Part shown: positions 21,307 to 32,056 of the stretch, in pieces
Layout: each line of letters opens with the position of its first letter
Position numbering within the stretch: position 1 is the first letter of the stretch
Origin: Thermotogota bacterium
GTDB taxonomy: Bacteria > Thermotogota > Thermotogae > UBA12178
Assembly (NCBI GenBank): GCA_003538775.1
Contig: DPRG01000105.1
Span: 12,476 to 76,475, forward strand
Length of the DNA stretch: 64,000 bases
Direction of reading: 5' to 3'
Translations under genes and position numbers: made by a program
Notes under the pieces: generated by a model
Database searches by the model: none
Seen by the model: the letters and a program-made list of their open reading frames with translations, nothing else
What the model was told of the DNA's origin: nothing

Positions 21307-21867
21307 TTGAATGAGGAACGCCTTATTCAGGGATTGAAAAAAAGTGATAAAGAAGCGTTCGAGCGATTCTTTTACGAATATGCACCGAGGATAGGAAGCA
21401 TTGCAAAGTCTTATCTGGGCACCGACGATGTTGACGATATAGTTCAGGAAGTGTTCATTCATGTGCTGAAGGGTATAAAGCGCTTTAGAGGTGAATCGAA
21501 GCTTTCAACATGGCTGTACAGGATCATCATCAACGTGTGTAACGATTTTTTGAAAAAAAGGAAGAGGCACAGAGAGGAACTCGTTGACTTTGGGGATGAA
21601 GAAGAGCCACCCTACTTCGAGCCGGCATCAAACACAGACGTCGTGAAAGAGGTGTTGGAAGAACTGAGTATGGATGCTATGAATCGCATTATGAAAAAGC
21701 TTTCTCCCTCAGACAGACTACTTATAACGATGCGAGATGTTGATGGTCTCAGTTATGAAGAAATGGCGAATATACTGGGAGTTCCGATTGGAACGGTGAA
21801 GAGCCGACTCCACTACGCAAGAGGAAAATTGAGAAAGTTGTTACAGGGAAAGGATGGTGCAAAATGA
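21307..21867 (+). CDS. RNA polymerase sigma-70 factor, ECF subfamily
   Basis: Region 2 and region 4 motifs (DIVQEVFIHV..., SYEEMANILGVPIGTVKSRL); TTG start. Confidence 0.85.
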   Translation: MNEERLIQGLKKSDKEAFERFFYEYAPRIGSIAKSYLGTDDVDDIVQEVFIHVLKGIKRFRGESKLSTWLYRIIINVCNDFLKKRKRHREELVDFGDEEEPPYFEPASNTDVVKEVLEELSMDAMNRIMKKLSPSDRLLITMRDVDGLSYEEMANILGVPIGTVKSRLHYARGKLRKLLQGKDGAK

Positions 21868-22253
21868 AGGATTTATTCGATGAATACCTTGATGGTGATG
21901 CAATGGAAGTACCCTCGGAGCTCGAGGGTGAGGTTGAGCGATATAGAGCTTTTATAAAGATTTACGCCGCAAGGATCACTTACAGACCGAGCGAAAGATT
22001 ATACAGAAACGTGTTCAAAAGACGGAAATTCAAAACAAAGCTCGTTCTCGGTTTTGCGATTGCTATGGCGGCGCTGGTTGTGGGAATTTTTGGTTTCTGG
22101 AGGATCATGGACAGTTTGACCGTACAGAAAGAGTACGCACAGGTCGTTGAAAGCGCCATTGAGAAGTTTTCGAGTCAACCCATGGAGCTTCCGAAACCTG
22201 TTGCTGAAAAAGATTTTTTGAACATAATAGGTTTTGTGAGCGATGTTTATTGA
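21864..22253 (+). CDS. putative anti-sigma factor (single TM)
   Basis: ATGA overlap with the sigma gene; one hydrophobic helix (LVLGFAIAMAALVVGIFGFW). Confidence 0.5.
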   Translation: MKDLFDEYLDGDAMEVPSELEGEVERYRAFIKIYAARITYRPSERLYRNVFKRRKFKTKLVLGFAIAMAALVVGIFGFWRIMDSLTVQKEYAQVVESAIEKFSSQPMELPKPVAEKDFLNIIGFVSDVY

Positions 22254-22268
22254 TGGGAGGCCTTCCCT

Positions 22269-23135
22269 TTGAAAAATGTTATTTTGCTATCGTTCGTATT
22301 TTTAACTGTAATTTTGACGTTTGCAGCTCCTCTTGATGGAATACTCGAAAGGTATCAGAAAGCGTATTTTGAGGGAAGACGATTCCTTATAGACATGAAT
22401 TCGGGCAGTACTGTACGATACGAGCAGGTGGTAAAAGAGGGAAACGACAAGCTTGTCACGGTCATATCACCGGAGCGTATTGTCTGGTTGCGTTTTCAGG
22501 AGAGATATTACATACAAAAAGACACGGGACTCCTGGAGCTTTCGTTTCCCATATACGATCTGGAAGACTATTTGATGGACGTTCTAAAGCGTGGAGATTA
22601 CGAGCTCTTAGCACACAAACGTGATGGTTCAGGAGATGTTTATGTTTTGAAAAGTGGTGTTCAGGTTTTCACGATATGGGTAGGAGAAGATGGTTTCATT
22701 GACAAGATCGTGAGAGAGCTGCCGCCGGGCTACCGCAACGCTTTGATCTACGAATATCACCAGATAAAAGAACTGGGCGAAACTGTAAGAAGATACTGGC
22801 TTCAGCATCCAGTGGAAGGCAGGATAACATCGAGTCTTGCTCCAGTTCTCAGACGAATACCCAAGTACTTCGCATGGTCTGATCTGAGTTTTTTCAAGGT
22901 AAAAGATGAGAGCATTCCTGTTATTTATGGTATCACGAACGATGGTAACAAGGTGTCCATAATTGATCTGGACGGCTTAAGCGATTCGGTTGTCACACAG
23001 ATACTTCAGAGGTTTTCGGAAAAGGCGTTTTCTTTTTATGTCAGAAAGAATGAAGATGGATCGAAATTCCTGTTCGTGAGTGATTCGGATAGTGAGTATC
23101 TGGTAGAACTTGCCCGGAAGCTCTTTGAAGATTGA
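22269..23135 (+). CDS. secreted hypothetical protein (signal peptide) co-transcribed with ECF sigma/anti-sigma
   Basis: N-terminal signal peptide MKNVILLSFVFLTVILTFAAP; no recognisable catalytic motif. Confidence 0.5.
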   Translation: MKNVILLSFVFLTVILTFAAPLDGILERYQKAYFEGRRFLIDMNSGSTVRYEQVVKEGNDKLVTVISPERIVWLRFQERYYIQKDTGLLELSFPIYDLEDYLMDVLKRGDYELLAHKRDGSGDVYVLKSGVQVFTIWVGEDGFIDKIVRELPPGYRNALIYEYHQIKELGETVRRYWLQHPVEGRITSSLAPVLRRIPKYFAWSDLSFFKVKDESIPVIYGITNDGNKVSIIDLDGLSDSVVTQILQRFSEKAFSFYVRKNEDGSKFLFVSDSDSEYLVELARKLFED

Positions 23136-23144
23136 GCAGGTGGT

Positions 23145-23969
23145 TCAGCAGGGTTCATCGGTTTCGAAGTTTCGGAAAAGTGTATCTGGGATTCTACCAT
23201 TCAGCAACATTTTTATCGACTCGCTGGCTTCCTCCACGGCTTGTTCAAAAATCTCCAGGAAACTTTCATTCCTTTGCTTTTTAGTTACAGGATCTATCCA
23301 GGGTTTCTTTTCTTCGTTCAGTGGATCTTTGACCTTCTTCGGTGGAACAAGATGAGTGTAGTCTTTTCCTCCCAGAGAGAGTAGCCAGTAACGGAAGGCT
23401 CTTCTGCGCGTTTTTTCGATATCCTCGTACAACATTTTAAGAGTAGAGAAAGTCTTCGATATCGCGTATTCAAAGGTTTCACTTTTGAAGGATTTGTCGT
23501 TGAAAACGCGCCGGACCACCTTTGCGAACTCTGACGGGAGCTCTTTAAGCTCCACATCTTCAAAGAGCTTCCAGGGTTTGAGGTGATCATGACGTCGGTT
23601 CAGGAAACGCCGGATCATGCCGGCATCGATTGCCATCTCTTTGCGTTTATGTGCCTTGAAATCTTCGAAGTGGTTTATAAAACGATGGGCATATCTGTCC
23701 ATCACCTGATGACAGAGAAACCCGAAGGCATACTCTTTTGGCAGACGTTCGGAAGCAAAGAGTTCTTTCATGAATTGGCCGCACCTGCTTTGGTGGATCC
23801 GTGAGCCCCAGGCAACCACTTCGGGCCTGTCATAGGCGTAAAAGAAAATATCGGGGCCCTGTAATCCCATGAAAAAGAATCTGCGGTTTCTAAGCCAGGG
23901 TGTGTCTTTCAGGGTTTCCAGTACCTTCACACCATGTATTGTATGTGTCCAGAAATCAGCCATCGGCAT
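23145..23969 (-). CDS. hypothetical protein, possibly zinc-dependent phospholipase C / S1-P1 nuclease superfamily
   Basis: N-terminal DFWTHxxHG and later HQVMDRYAH histidine-rich motifs; weak resemblance only. Confidence 0.35.
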   Translation of the reverse strand: MPMADFWTHTIHGVKVLETLKDTPWLRNRRFFFMGLQGPDIFFYAYDRPEVVAWGSRIHQSRCGQFMKELFASERLPKEYAFGFLCHQVMDRYAHRFINHFEDFKAHKRKEMAIDAGMIRRFLNRRHDHLKPWKLFEDVELKELPSEFAKVVRRVFNDKSFKSETFEYAISKTFSTLKMLYEDIEKTRRRAFRYWLLSLGGKDYTHLVPPKKVKDPLNEEKKPWIDPVTKKQRNESFLEIFEQAVEEASESIKMLLNGRIPDTLFRNFETDEPC

Positions 23970-25368
23970 CCAGGGTGAACTGGGTACCCTGGGGGGTGTC
24001 CATCAGTTTTATTCCCAGTTTTTCCAGTTTATCTCTGATCTGATCGGCCAGCTCGTATTGTTTTTGTTTTCGAAGATGGTTTCTGGTATCCAGGATCACG
24101 TTCATCACGCTATCGAACAGGTTTTCTTCATCTGCTCTTTTCCTTTCTTCTTCCTGAAGGTCGAACAGGCCAAGCACCGGACCAAATCTTCTGACAATTA
24201 AATCGTACGCTCTGGCAGCCCTTTCTTCGTCGTTATTGTCGAGGGCTGTGTTAAGGATATTCACGAGCTCAAAGATCAGTGATACGGCTACAGGTGTGTT
24301 GAAGTCATCATCGAGTGCTTCTTCAAAACGGGACTCTACTTCCATTACCCAGGGGTCAGCCTTTACAAATTTTTCCGCGATTCCAGCGTTTTGAGCGCGT
24401 TTGAGGGTGTCTCTCACCCTTCGTGCGGCTTTTCGACTATCCTGAAGAAACTCTTCAGATAGATCTATAGGGCTGGTGTAGTGTTTCGATAGGAGAAAGA
24501 GTCTGACGGCATCTCTCCCGAACCTCATAACAGCTTCTCTGGCATTGAAAATATTTCCCACGGACTTAGCCATCTTTTCTCCTGAAAACCTGAGCATACC
24601 GTTGTGCATCCAGTATCTGGCGAAAGGTTTTCCGGTTAACGCTTCTGATTGGGCTTTTTCGTTTTCATGATGTGGAAACACCAAATCGTTCCCGCCAGCA
24701 TGAATATCAAAGCTTTCGCCCAGAAGGCTCATACTCATAGCAGAACATTCTATATGCCAGCCGGGTCTTCCATTTCCCCACGGACTTTCCCAGCTTGGTT
24801 CTCCAGGTTTTGCTGCCTTCCAAAGTGCGAAGTCCAGGGGAAATCTTTTGTTTTCTGAAGGATCGACGCGAGCACCTGAAAGCATCTCTTCGATTTTCCT
24901 GTTGGATAGTTCGCCGTATCTGGGAAAACTCTTAACGGAGAAATAAACGTCTCCATCTGCAACATAAGCGTGTCCTTTGACAATAAGGCGCTGGATGATA
25001 TCTATAATTTCGGGAAGGTAGTCAGTTGTTCTTGGATGAAAATTCGCCGCCCTCAATCCCAGAAGATGTGCGTCCACCCAGTATTCGGCGATAAATCTGT
25101 CCGCGTAACGTTTGTAGTCTACGCCGACAGCGTTGGCCGCGTTTATTATTTTGTCGTCTATATCCGTAAAATTCTGGACCATTGTGACTTTAAATCCTCT
25201 ATATTCAAGATAGCGTCTGAAGGCATCGAAAACCACAGCAGGTCTCGCGTTACCAAGATGTATTAGTCCGTAGACTGTTGGCCCGCAGACGTACATTCTA
25301 ACTTTGCCTTCTTCAAGAGGTATGAAGGGTTCCTTTTTCCCAGTATGAGTGTTGGTTATTCTCAGCAT
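23956..25368 (-). CDS. cysS: cysteinyl-tRNA synthetase
   Basis: HLGNARP (HIGH variant), KMAKSVGN (KMSKS) motifs. Confidence 0.9.
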   Translation of the reverse strand: MLRITNTHTGKKEPFIPLEEGKVRMYVCGPTVYGLIHLGNARPAVVFDAFRRYLEYRGFKVTMVQNFTDIDDKIINAANAVGVDYKRYADRFIAEYWVDAHLLGLRAANFHPRTTDYLPEIIDIIQRLIVKGHAYVADGDVYFSVKSFPRYGELSNRKIEEMLSGARVDPSENKRFPLDFALWKAAKPGEPSWESPWGNGRPGWHIECSAMSMSLLGESFDIHAGGNDLVFPHHENEKAQSEALTGKPFARYWMHNGMLRFSGEKMAKSVGNIFNAREAVMRFGRDAVRLFLLSKHYTSPIDLSEEFLQDSRKAARRVRDTLKRAQNAGIAEKFVKADPWVMEVESRFEEALDDDFNTPVAVSLIFELVNILNTALDNNDEERAARAYDLIVRRFGPVLGLFDLQEEERKRADEENLFDSVMNVILDTRNHLRKQKQYELADQIRDKLEKLGIKLMDTPQGTQFTLDADG

Positions 25369-25418
25369 CTTTCAACCTCCTGTATGCACAGCACCTGGCA
25401 GAATTCTACCATGGAGGT

Positions 25419-26666
25419 TTAAGTCGGAAGCTCCTTACCCCTCAGTGCAACTAAAAGCCCCACCGCTACAAGCAACGAAGATACCCCCACGCCGTAGTAG
25501 AGAAGGTGGACGGGAAATCTGTCAACTAAGTATCCGTAGATCACCGAACCCAACGGCATCATACCGTTGCTTACCATAATAAGAAAAGAGTAAGCTCTTG
25601 CCCTTACTTGAGAAGGTGTCATCTTTTGAAATGAGGTCTCCAGTGGCACGTTTACCAAAGGATTCAAAAAGCCCATCGCGAGGAAAAATGTGAAAAACAG
25701 TCCGAACATGATCAATTTTCCGAGCGCTGGAATGACCGAAGGCATCACCAATATCCCCATGAGTATTATTGGAATTTCCATCAGAAAGAGCGATACCTTT
25801 GCGATTTTCCAGGTGTTTTTTCTGGCAAAATAAACCACTATCATGAGGTTAGCAAAGAGCGCACCGAGTGTGAAGGCGGATTCGAGAATACCGAATGCCT
25901 GGGCGGAAAATCCCACAACCTCTCTGACGGTGTATGGATACACCACCATGAAGAGAGGCGAGACGAGGAAATTCAAGAACAGCGCAAAGATGAGAATAGT
26001 TCTTATCAAAGAATGATTCCACACGAACAAAAAGCCCTCTTTGAGATCTTCCAGAACCTGCGCAAGGCGAGATGATCTTTTTTTGATCTCCTGTTTGTAA
26101 ACAATGAAGATCTCACTCACCGCGGACAGGATGAAAGAAATGCCATTTGCAAGAAACACGACGGCGATTCCGTAGAATCCGTATAGCACACCGCCAATGG
26201 CGGGTCCAACTATTTGAGGAAATATCCTCACCATACCCATTATGGAATTTGCCCGCATCAGAAAATCTTTTGGAACGATGTCTGGGAACATCGCACCGGT
26301 TGGTATTTCAAAGAGGTTGTCCATGATCGCCATTGCTATCTGGGTGACGTAAAGGATGGGAAATGTTATCGAGTTTCTAAAGGCGAGAAGAGATAGAAAG
26401 CATACCATAAAACCACGTAGAAAGTCCATGGACACCATCAGAGATTTTCTCGACCATCTGTCTCCGATGATCCCTGCTATCGGCATGAAGAATACCCTTG
26501 GGATCATGTAAGCTATTGTCATCTTGGCTACAGCCGCTCCTGAATGTGTGAGATCGAGTACAAAAAGGGGAATCGCCACCGCCTGTATGGAGCTACCTAG
26601 TATGGAGACAAATCTTCCAAGTGCGAGCAGTACAAAGTTTCTTTTCCAGTACGTAGCCGACTCCAT
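25419..26666 (-). CDS. MFS transporter
   Basis: 12 predicted TM segments; motif GIIGDRWSRK (MFS loop 2-3). Confidence 0.8.
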   Translation of the reverse strand: MESATYWKRNFVLLALGRFVSILGSSIQAVAIPLFVLDLTHSGAAVAKMTIAYMIPRVFFMPIAGIIGDRWSRKSLMVSMDFLRGFMVCFLSLLAFRNSITFPILYVTQIAMAIMDNLFEIPTGAMFPDIVPKDFLMRANSIMGMVRIFPQIVGPAIGGVLYGFYGIAVVFLANGISFILSAVSEIFIVYKQEIKKRSSRLAQVLEDLKEGFLFVWNHSLIRTILIFALFLNFLVSPLFMVVYPYTVREVVGFSAQAFGILESAFTLGALFANLMIVVYFARKNTWKIAKVSLFLMEIPIILMGILVMPSVIPALGKLIMFGLFFTFFLAMGFLNPLVNVPLETSFQKMTPSQVRARAYSFLIMVSNGMMPLGSVIYGYLVDRFPVHLLYYGVGVSSLLVAVGLLVALRGKELPT

Positions 26667-26912
26667 TTGCTTTTCCCCCTCGTCAGGCTTTACAGCACTT
26701 TAGTGGAAACATCACCGAACACACAGAAACCTATTGCAAATATTCTAACATTAAACTCAAAATAGTCAAGTTTACATTTATATTTTATGATCTATAAATG
26801 AAAAAAATGTAAGATGCGGAGACTTTCTATTTTGGCAATCGGGAAATCTAATTTAAACGTTGGGAAGTATAATTGTCTTGTGTGATTTTCATGAAGAACA
26901 GGAGGAGACCAG

Positions 26913-27467
26913 ATGGCGGGGAAGATTACGGTCATAGTTGGTCCTATGTTTTCTGGGAAGACTTCTGAGCTACTTTCGTTTATTGAGATCTATCATCTGG
27001 GAAGGAAGGAGTATCTTGTCTTCAAACCCACGCTTGATACGCGGTATGGTATGGAGGCGGTGAAATCCCACTCTGGAAACGCCACAAAAGCGATCCCTAT
27101 ATCGAAACCGGAGGAAATATTGGCTTACATAAAGGATACGACAAAAGCGGTCTTTGTGGATGAGATTCAGTTTCTTGACAAATCGCTGGTTGAGGTGGCT
27201 CGAGGACTTTCAGATAGTGGTATAGATGTTTTCTGTGCAGGTCTTGATATGAGCTATCTTCGCAACCCTTTTGAGACCTCCGCGATGATGATGGCGATCG
27301 CAAACGAGGTGATAAAAAAGAGGGCGGTTTGCCACGTTTGCGGCGAGTATAATGCGACATTATCATACAAAACCAGAGGCGATGGTAGTGAAATCGATGT
27401 CGGAGGTAGTGAAAAATACATCGCCGTTTGTCCGGAATGTTATAAGCACTTGAAAGGCGAAGGTTAA
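26913..27467 (+). CDS. tdk: thymidine kinase
   Basis: GPMFSGKTSELL Walker A, C-terminal CxxC...CxxC zinc ribbon. Confidence 0.9.
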   Translation: MAGKITVIVGPMFSGKTSELLSFIEIYHLGRKEYLVFKPTLDTRYGMEAVKSHSGNATKAIPISKPEEILAYIKDTTKAVFVDEIQFLDKSLVEVARGLSDSGIDVFCAGLDMSYLRNPFETSAMMMAIANEVIKKRAVCHVCGEYNATLSYKTRGDGSEIDVGGSEKYIAVCPECYKHLKGEG

Positions 27468-27632
27468 TGTCTCGCATAAAGGATTTTCTTTTTCACGAGA
27501 AGCTGATGACCTCCTTGTAGCTTCCTGACACCACTTTTTGGAATGTTTAAAAACCTCTTATAAATAGCACTTTTAGAGAATTGCGGAAAAATCAATATCA
27601 TGTGCTTACCACCGAAGAGGAGGTAACGCTTT

Positions 27633-28121
27633 ATGGTCCCAGAACGCTTTGTTAAAGTCATAAAGATGATTCATGGTAAGCTAACGGGCAGTGATATCGT
27701 ATGGGCACTCACAGGCAGCACCAGTTTTGCCATCCAGGGTATTGACGTAGTGCCCAAGGATATCGACATCCAGACAGACAAAGAAGGAGCTTATAGAATA
27801 GAGGAGTTGTTCTCTGAATACGTTGTCGAAAGAGTCAAGTTCAAAGAGAGCGAACTCATTCGATCTCACTTTGGAAAGCTGGTGATCGATGGTATCGATG
27901 TCGAAATCATGGGAGACATCCAGAAGAAAGTGGACGGTAATTGGGAACCGCCTGTGAATCTACCGCAGTATATCCTTTTCGTTGATTTTCAAGGCCTTAA
28001 ACTGCCCGTACTTTCACTGGAATACGAAGCAGAGGCTTACAGGAAGCTGCATAGGTATGACAGAGCCAGGGTGCTGAGTGAATTCACTTCACGCTCTCAA
28101 CGCACCCAGTTTTCTCATTAA
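27633..28121 (+). CDS. nucleotidyltransferase-fold protein (pol-beta-like)
   Basis: hG[GS]-x10-DhDh signature: ALTGSTSFAIQGIDVVPKDIDIQ; 3' end overlaps the convergent FGGY kinase. Confidence 0.45.
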   Translation: MVPERFVKVIKMIHGKLTGSDIVWALTGSTSFAIQGIDVVPKDIDIQTDKEGAYRIEELFSEYVVERVKFKESELIRSHFGKLVIDGIDVEIMGDIQKKVDGNWEPPVNLPQYILFVDFQGLKLPVLSLEYEAEAYRKLHRYDRARVLSEFTSRSQRTQFSH

Positions 28122-29576
28122 CTCCACATAATTCTGATACACTCGCTCATATTCGGAAATGAGTTTGGAATCAGGTTCTACAGTCTTCCATTCAATCCAG
28201 TTCTTTATGGAGTCGGGTTCCCCGACCTCGCCCACTGCAAGTGCCGCCAAAAAGGCGTCGCCGTAGGGAGCATCCAAAGATGTAGGAAGTATCAGTAATT
28301 TTCGATTTACCACAGCTGCGGTTATTTTCAGCCAGAGCGGGTTGCGCGTTAATCCTCCTACCACTCGGAGTTCGGGTTCTAACTTGATTCCAATGTTTCC
28401 TGCCACATCCATGGAACTCCGCAATGAAAAGGCTATGGCTTCCAGCACAGCACGGAAAAGGTGAGCTGGACCATGGGACAAGCTCAATCCATGAAGGGTG
28501 GCCCTGGCTTCGGGCTTCCAGATCGGTGCCCGCTCTCCCATAAAGAAAGGAAGAAGAATTAGTCCGTCTGAGCCTACCGAGATCTTCTCAGCATGTTGGG
28601 TGATCTCTGAAAGATCACCAACACCCGTCAGCTTCTTGAACCATTCGATTATCGCGCCAGATGTTGTTGCTCCTCCAAATGAGTAAGTCACTTTCCTTCC
28701 ATTTGTGACATATGGAAAGTTGACAAGTCGCCAATCGATTCGATATCCCGTGTGGATTGAACCCCAGCACATGGAAGTGCCAACCATAGCCGCGTGTTCA
28801 CCGGGTTTTGTGACACCGGCAGCCAGTGTGGCCACCGCTGCATCTATGCCTCCTGCCACTATGGGAAGGCCTTCTTTCAAGCTCAATTTATTTGCCCAGA
28901 TAGAATTCAGCCTTCCCACTATTTCACTGGAATCGACCACGTGTTCCGGGAATTTTGAAAGTTCTATACCTAAAAGTTCTGCGGCCTCTTCGGACCATTT
29001 TTTCTTCCTAACGTCAAAAATTCCTCCTATGTTTCCCGCCGAAGATAGGTCGATAACAACTTCTCCAGTCAGAAGATAGATAACGTAGTCTTTGGGTGTG
29101 AGAAAAAGATGAGTTTTCTTCCAAACGTCAGGCTCGTGCTTTTTCAACCAGAGTAGTTTTGTATATCCAAAGTAAGGATCCGTGTAATTTCCCGTTAGTT
29201 CAAAAATTTTTTCCCATCCCAGATGTTCTTTCACCCACAGGGTTTCTTCCACAGCGCGTTTATCCATCCAGATTAACGCAGGATACAAGGGTTCAAAGTT
29301 TTCATCTACCGGTACACCTGTTCCGCCGTACAAACCGCTAATGCACATCGCTGTTATATTTTTCGAGGGAGTGTTCAGTTTTCCAAGAGCTCTCGTGACC
29401 GCTTCTTTAAATCCTTTCACCCACACTTCGGCATTTTGCTGAGCCCAGGCGGGTTTTGGCATCTCCACAATGTAAGTGTCGGATAGACCCTCGGCCAGGA
29501 TTTTCCCTTTTTCATTTACCACAACGGCCTTGGTTGAACTGGTTCCAATATCCACACCCAAAAAAAGCACCCTCAT
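28089..29576 (-). CDS. FGGY-family carbohydrate kinase (xylulokinase/glycerol kinase-like)
   Basis: N-term LGVDIGTSSTKAVV, FGGY_N/FGGY_C architecture, 495 aa; co-oriented immediately downstream of lacI-type regulator. Confidence 0.8.
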   Translation of the reverse strand: MRVLFLGVDIGTSSTKAVVVNEKGKILAEGLSDTYIVEMPKPAWAQQNAEVWVKGFKEAVTRALGKLNTPSKNITAMCISGLYGGTGVPVDENFEPLYPALIWMDKRAVEETLWVKEHLGWEKIFELTGNYTDPYFGYTKLLWLKKHEPDVWKKTHLFLTPKDYVIYLLTGEVVIDLSSAGNIGGIFDVRKKKWSEEAAELLGIELSKFPEHVVDSSEIVGRLNSIWANKLSLKEGLPIVAGGIDAAVATLAAGVTKPGEHAAMVGTSMCWGSIHTGYRIDWRLVNFPYVTNGRKVTYSFGGATTSGAIIEWFKKLTGVGDLSEITQHAEKISVGSDGLILLPFFMGERAPIWKPEARATLHGLSLSHGPAHLFRAVLEAIAFSLRSSMDVAGNIGIKLEPELRVVGGLTRNPLWLKITAAVVNRKLLILPTSLDAPYGDAFLAALAVGEVGEPDSIKNWIEWKTVEPDSKLISEYERVYQNYVELMRKLGALRA

Positions 29577-30595
29577 CCCCTCGCTTTCGTAAGATCTTTT
29601 ACCGAAGCCCTTTCAATGAAGCGCGTCTTCAAGACTACACCTTCAAGTTTCTTTTCGGGATAGCGTATCCTGTTCAACATCATGGTCGCTGCGATCATGC
29701 CAAGCTGCTCGGGATCCTGTGCAACACACGTGACAGGGGGCTCAAAAATCTGATTCCAGAAAGAATCATCAAAGGTTACGAGCGACATGTCTTCTGGTAC
29801 TTTCACTTTCAACTCTTTCAAAGCTCTTAAAACTCCCAGTGCCATAACGTTGTTACACACGAATAGCGCGGTTGGTAATTCAGAGCCTTTGAACAGCTCA
29901 AGCGCAGCTTTATAGGCCCCTGTTTCAGTTGACATGCCGTCTTTTATCCAGTCTGGTTTGATTTCAATTTTCAATTCCTTCGCCCTTTCAATTGCTGCTT
30001 CAAGTCGTTCCATGCCAGTGTACGATTCTCTGTGCAGGGTTATGACTCCAAGTGTTCGATGTCCCTTTTTCCAGAGATAATCAACAATGGTTGTAACAGC
30101 ACCTCTGTTATCGATGACGGCGTAGGGAGTCTCAATTGTCACCAATCTTCTGTCAAAAAATATCACTGGGATTCCCCGCTTCTGTACTTCTTTGTAAAGT
30201 TTCGTGTTTTTCACTCTGTCCACTGGAGCTGCAAGAATGCCATCCACCTTATAAGAGACAAGGTTTTCAAGGAGGACCTTTTCCTTCTCGCTATCTTCTT
30301 CGGTCACACACAGAAAGAAGCTGTATTCCAGGGGAAATAACACTTTTTCCATAGCGGAAACAGCCTGAGAAAAGAAAGGGTTTCCCATATCCGGTATGAC
30401 AATACCGATTATCTTTGTATGTCCCTGTCTAAGTGAGCGAGCTCGGGAATCCGGAAGATACCCCATTTCCTGTGCAAGGCTTATAATTTTTGCCCTCATC
30501 TCTTCACTCACACCCGGTTTACCACTTAGCGCTCTAGATACGGTGGAAGGATGAACTCCCAACGCTTGGGCTATCATTTTCAAAGTTGCTTTCAT
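29573..30595 (-). CDS. LacI-family transcriptional regulator
   Basis: N-term HTH IAQALGVHPSTVSRALSG and periplasmic-binding-like effector domain. Confidence 0.85.
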   Translation of the reverse strand: MKATLKMIAQALGVHPSTVSRALSGKPGVSEEMRAKIISLAQEMGYLPDSRARSLRQGHTKIIGIVIPDMGNPFFSQAVSAMEKVLFPLEYSFFLCVTEEDSEKEKVLLENLVSYKVDGILAAPVDRVKNTKLYKEVQKRGIPVIFFDRRLVTIETPYAVIDNRGAVTTIVDYLWKKGHRTLGVITLHRESYTGMERLEAAIERAKELKIEIKPDWIKDGMSTETGAYKAALELFKGSELPTALFVCNNVMALGVLRALKELKVKVPEDMSLVTFDDSFWNQIFEPPVTCVAQDPEQLGMIAATMMLNRIRYPEKKLEGVVLKTRFIERASVKDLTKARG

Positions 30596-30606
30596 TTCTC
30601 GACCTC

Positions 30607-30621
30607 CTCAAACGATTGCAT
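30607..30621. promoter_or_regulatory. putative LacI-type operator (CTCAAACGATTGCAT) overlapping the lacI RBS
   Basis: Shares the core CAAACGATTG with the two sites upstream of the TRAP operons; imperfect palindrome CAAaCG/CGaTTG. Confidence 0.45.
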
Positions 30622-30784
30622 AACCTTACTCTAAACGCGAATTCGTAAACGTTGAGGAGATTGTTAAGTAACGCTGGGCGTGTACACATTTAGTTATACC
30701 ACGAAATGCCGTCCGTACATTTCGTTTCTATTATATCTCACACTTGACAAATCTGCAAATCGATGATACTACAAAAGTAAAATC

Positions 30785-30803
30785 CGCAAACGATTGAGTT
30801 CAT
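30785..30803. promoter_or_regulatory. putative LacI-type operator CGCAAACGATTGAGTTCAT upstream of TRAP operon 1
   Basis: 19-nt identity with the site at 33903..33921. Confidence 0.5.
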
Positions 30804-30870
30804 GCTTCTTCGAATGAAAGGATACTATTTTCTATTCTTGGAGGTGGAAGATGAGAGGCGCAAAGCATTC

Positions 30871-31905
30871 AAAATGTTGGTAGTTACCTTGGTCTTGCTT
30901 GCTGCGATCATAGTTGTGGCCAAGGAGAAAGTCTACGTGCTGAAGTACAGCTGGATTTCTCCCCTTGAGCCCTTTGAACAGTGTTCAGGTGCTTACGCGA
31001 CAGTTTTCAAAAACGAGCTCGAGAGGCTTTCCGGCGGCAAAATCAAGGTTGAGCTCTATCCGTCGGCTCAACTTGGTGATCAGCGGGCTAGTATTGAGTT
31101 GCTAGTTCAGGGGATGATTCAAGGAGCAGATGTTGCATCCGGAGTGTTTGCGTCCTTGATGTATCCTCCACTTGAAATCGTGGATATGCCCTTCTTGTTC
31201 TCTTCCTACGAAGTAGCTTACCTCGCGCTTGGCCCGTACACAAATCCGTTTATGAAGAAGCTGGTAGAAGATTGCGCGAAAAAGACAGGGGTTCGGATTC
31301 TCAATATCTTGCCGTTCGGATTTCGACACATTTTGAATAGCAAAAGACCTATCAGAACTCCCGACGACCTCAAAGGTTTGAAGATAAGGACCATGGAGAT
31401 AGTACCGCACATAAAAATGATGGAAGCTCTCGGAGCCACCCCTGTTCCAATACCTTGGACGGAACTGTACACCAGCTTGCAGACAGGGGTCGTCGATGGA
31501 TTTGAGAATACCCCCCAAAACATTTTGCAGGGCAAGTTCTACCAAATCCAGAAATACTTGACACTTACTGGCCATGTAATGGGTGTAGGTGCAATTCTAA
31601 TCAGCGAGAAATGGTTCCAGTCCCTTCCCGATGAATTGAAGGTTGCGGTAATTGACGCAGGTAGGGCCGCTGCTAAAGCATACGTCGGGATAACTTTGAT
31701 TCAAGATGCCCTGGGTATTCAAGAGCTGAAAGCCAAGGGCATGAATGTTTACGCGCCTACACCAGGCGAACTGAAGCAGTTCAAAGATAGAGCAGTTCCG
31801 GCTGTGAAGGCGTATATGGAAGAAAGATTGGGTAGCGATTTTGTGAATGAATTCCTGAACTCCATTGAAGAAATCAAACAAAAAATGGCAGAGCTAGCCA
31901 AGTAG
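30871..31905 (+). CDS. TRAP transporter substrate-binding protein (DctP family)
   Basis: DctP-family SBP; start set to ATG 30871 (signal peptide MLVVTLVLLAAIIVVA); track start 30802 overlaps the operator; GTG 30844 is an alternative. Confidence 0.75.
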   Translation, partial: KMLVVTLVLLAAIIVVAKEKVYVLKYSWISPLEPFEQCSGAYATVFKNELERLSGGKIKVELYPSAQLGDQRASIELLVQGMIQGADVASGVFASLMYPPLEIVDMPFLFSSYEVAYLALGPYTNPFMKKLVEDCAKKTGVRILNILPFGFRHILNSKRPIRTPDDLKGLKIRTMEIVPHIKMMEALGATPVPIPWTELYTSLQTGVVDGFENTPQNILQGKFYQIQKYLTLTGHVMGVGAILISEKWFQSLPDELKVAVIDAGRAAAKAYVGITLIQDALGIQELKAKGMNVYAPTPGELKQFKDRAVPAVKAYMEERLGSDFVNEFLNSIEEIKQKMAELAK

Positions 31906-32056
31906 ACGGTTATTAGAAAAGGGAGGGAGCACTCCCTCCCTTTTAACTTCTTTTGGAATCATTGGCAAGATCCCTCATACACGAGAATGCAGTATGTAAT
32001 CTCCAAACATGATAGAGGAACACTCCATCGTTGGTTTACATCGAGGTGAGCAAAAC

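Noticed and set aside
30802-30870. ORF-track start of dctP1 at ATG 30802
   Set aside because: This ATG is inside the conserved operator 19-mer and the resulting N-terminus (MLLRMKGYYFLFLEVED) is not signal-peptide-like; start moved downstream.
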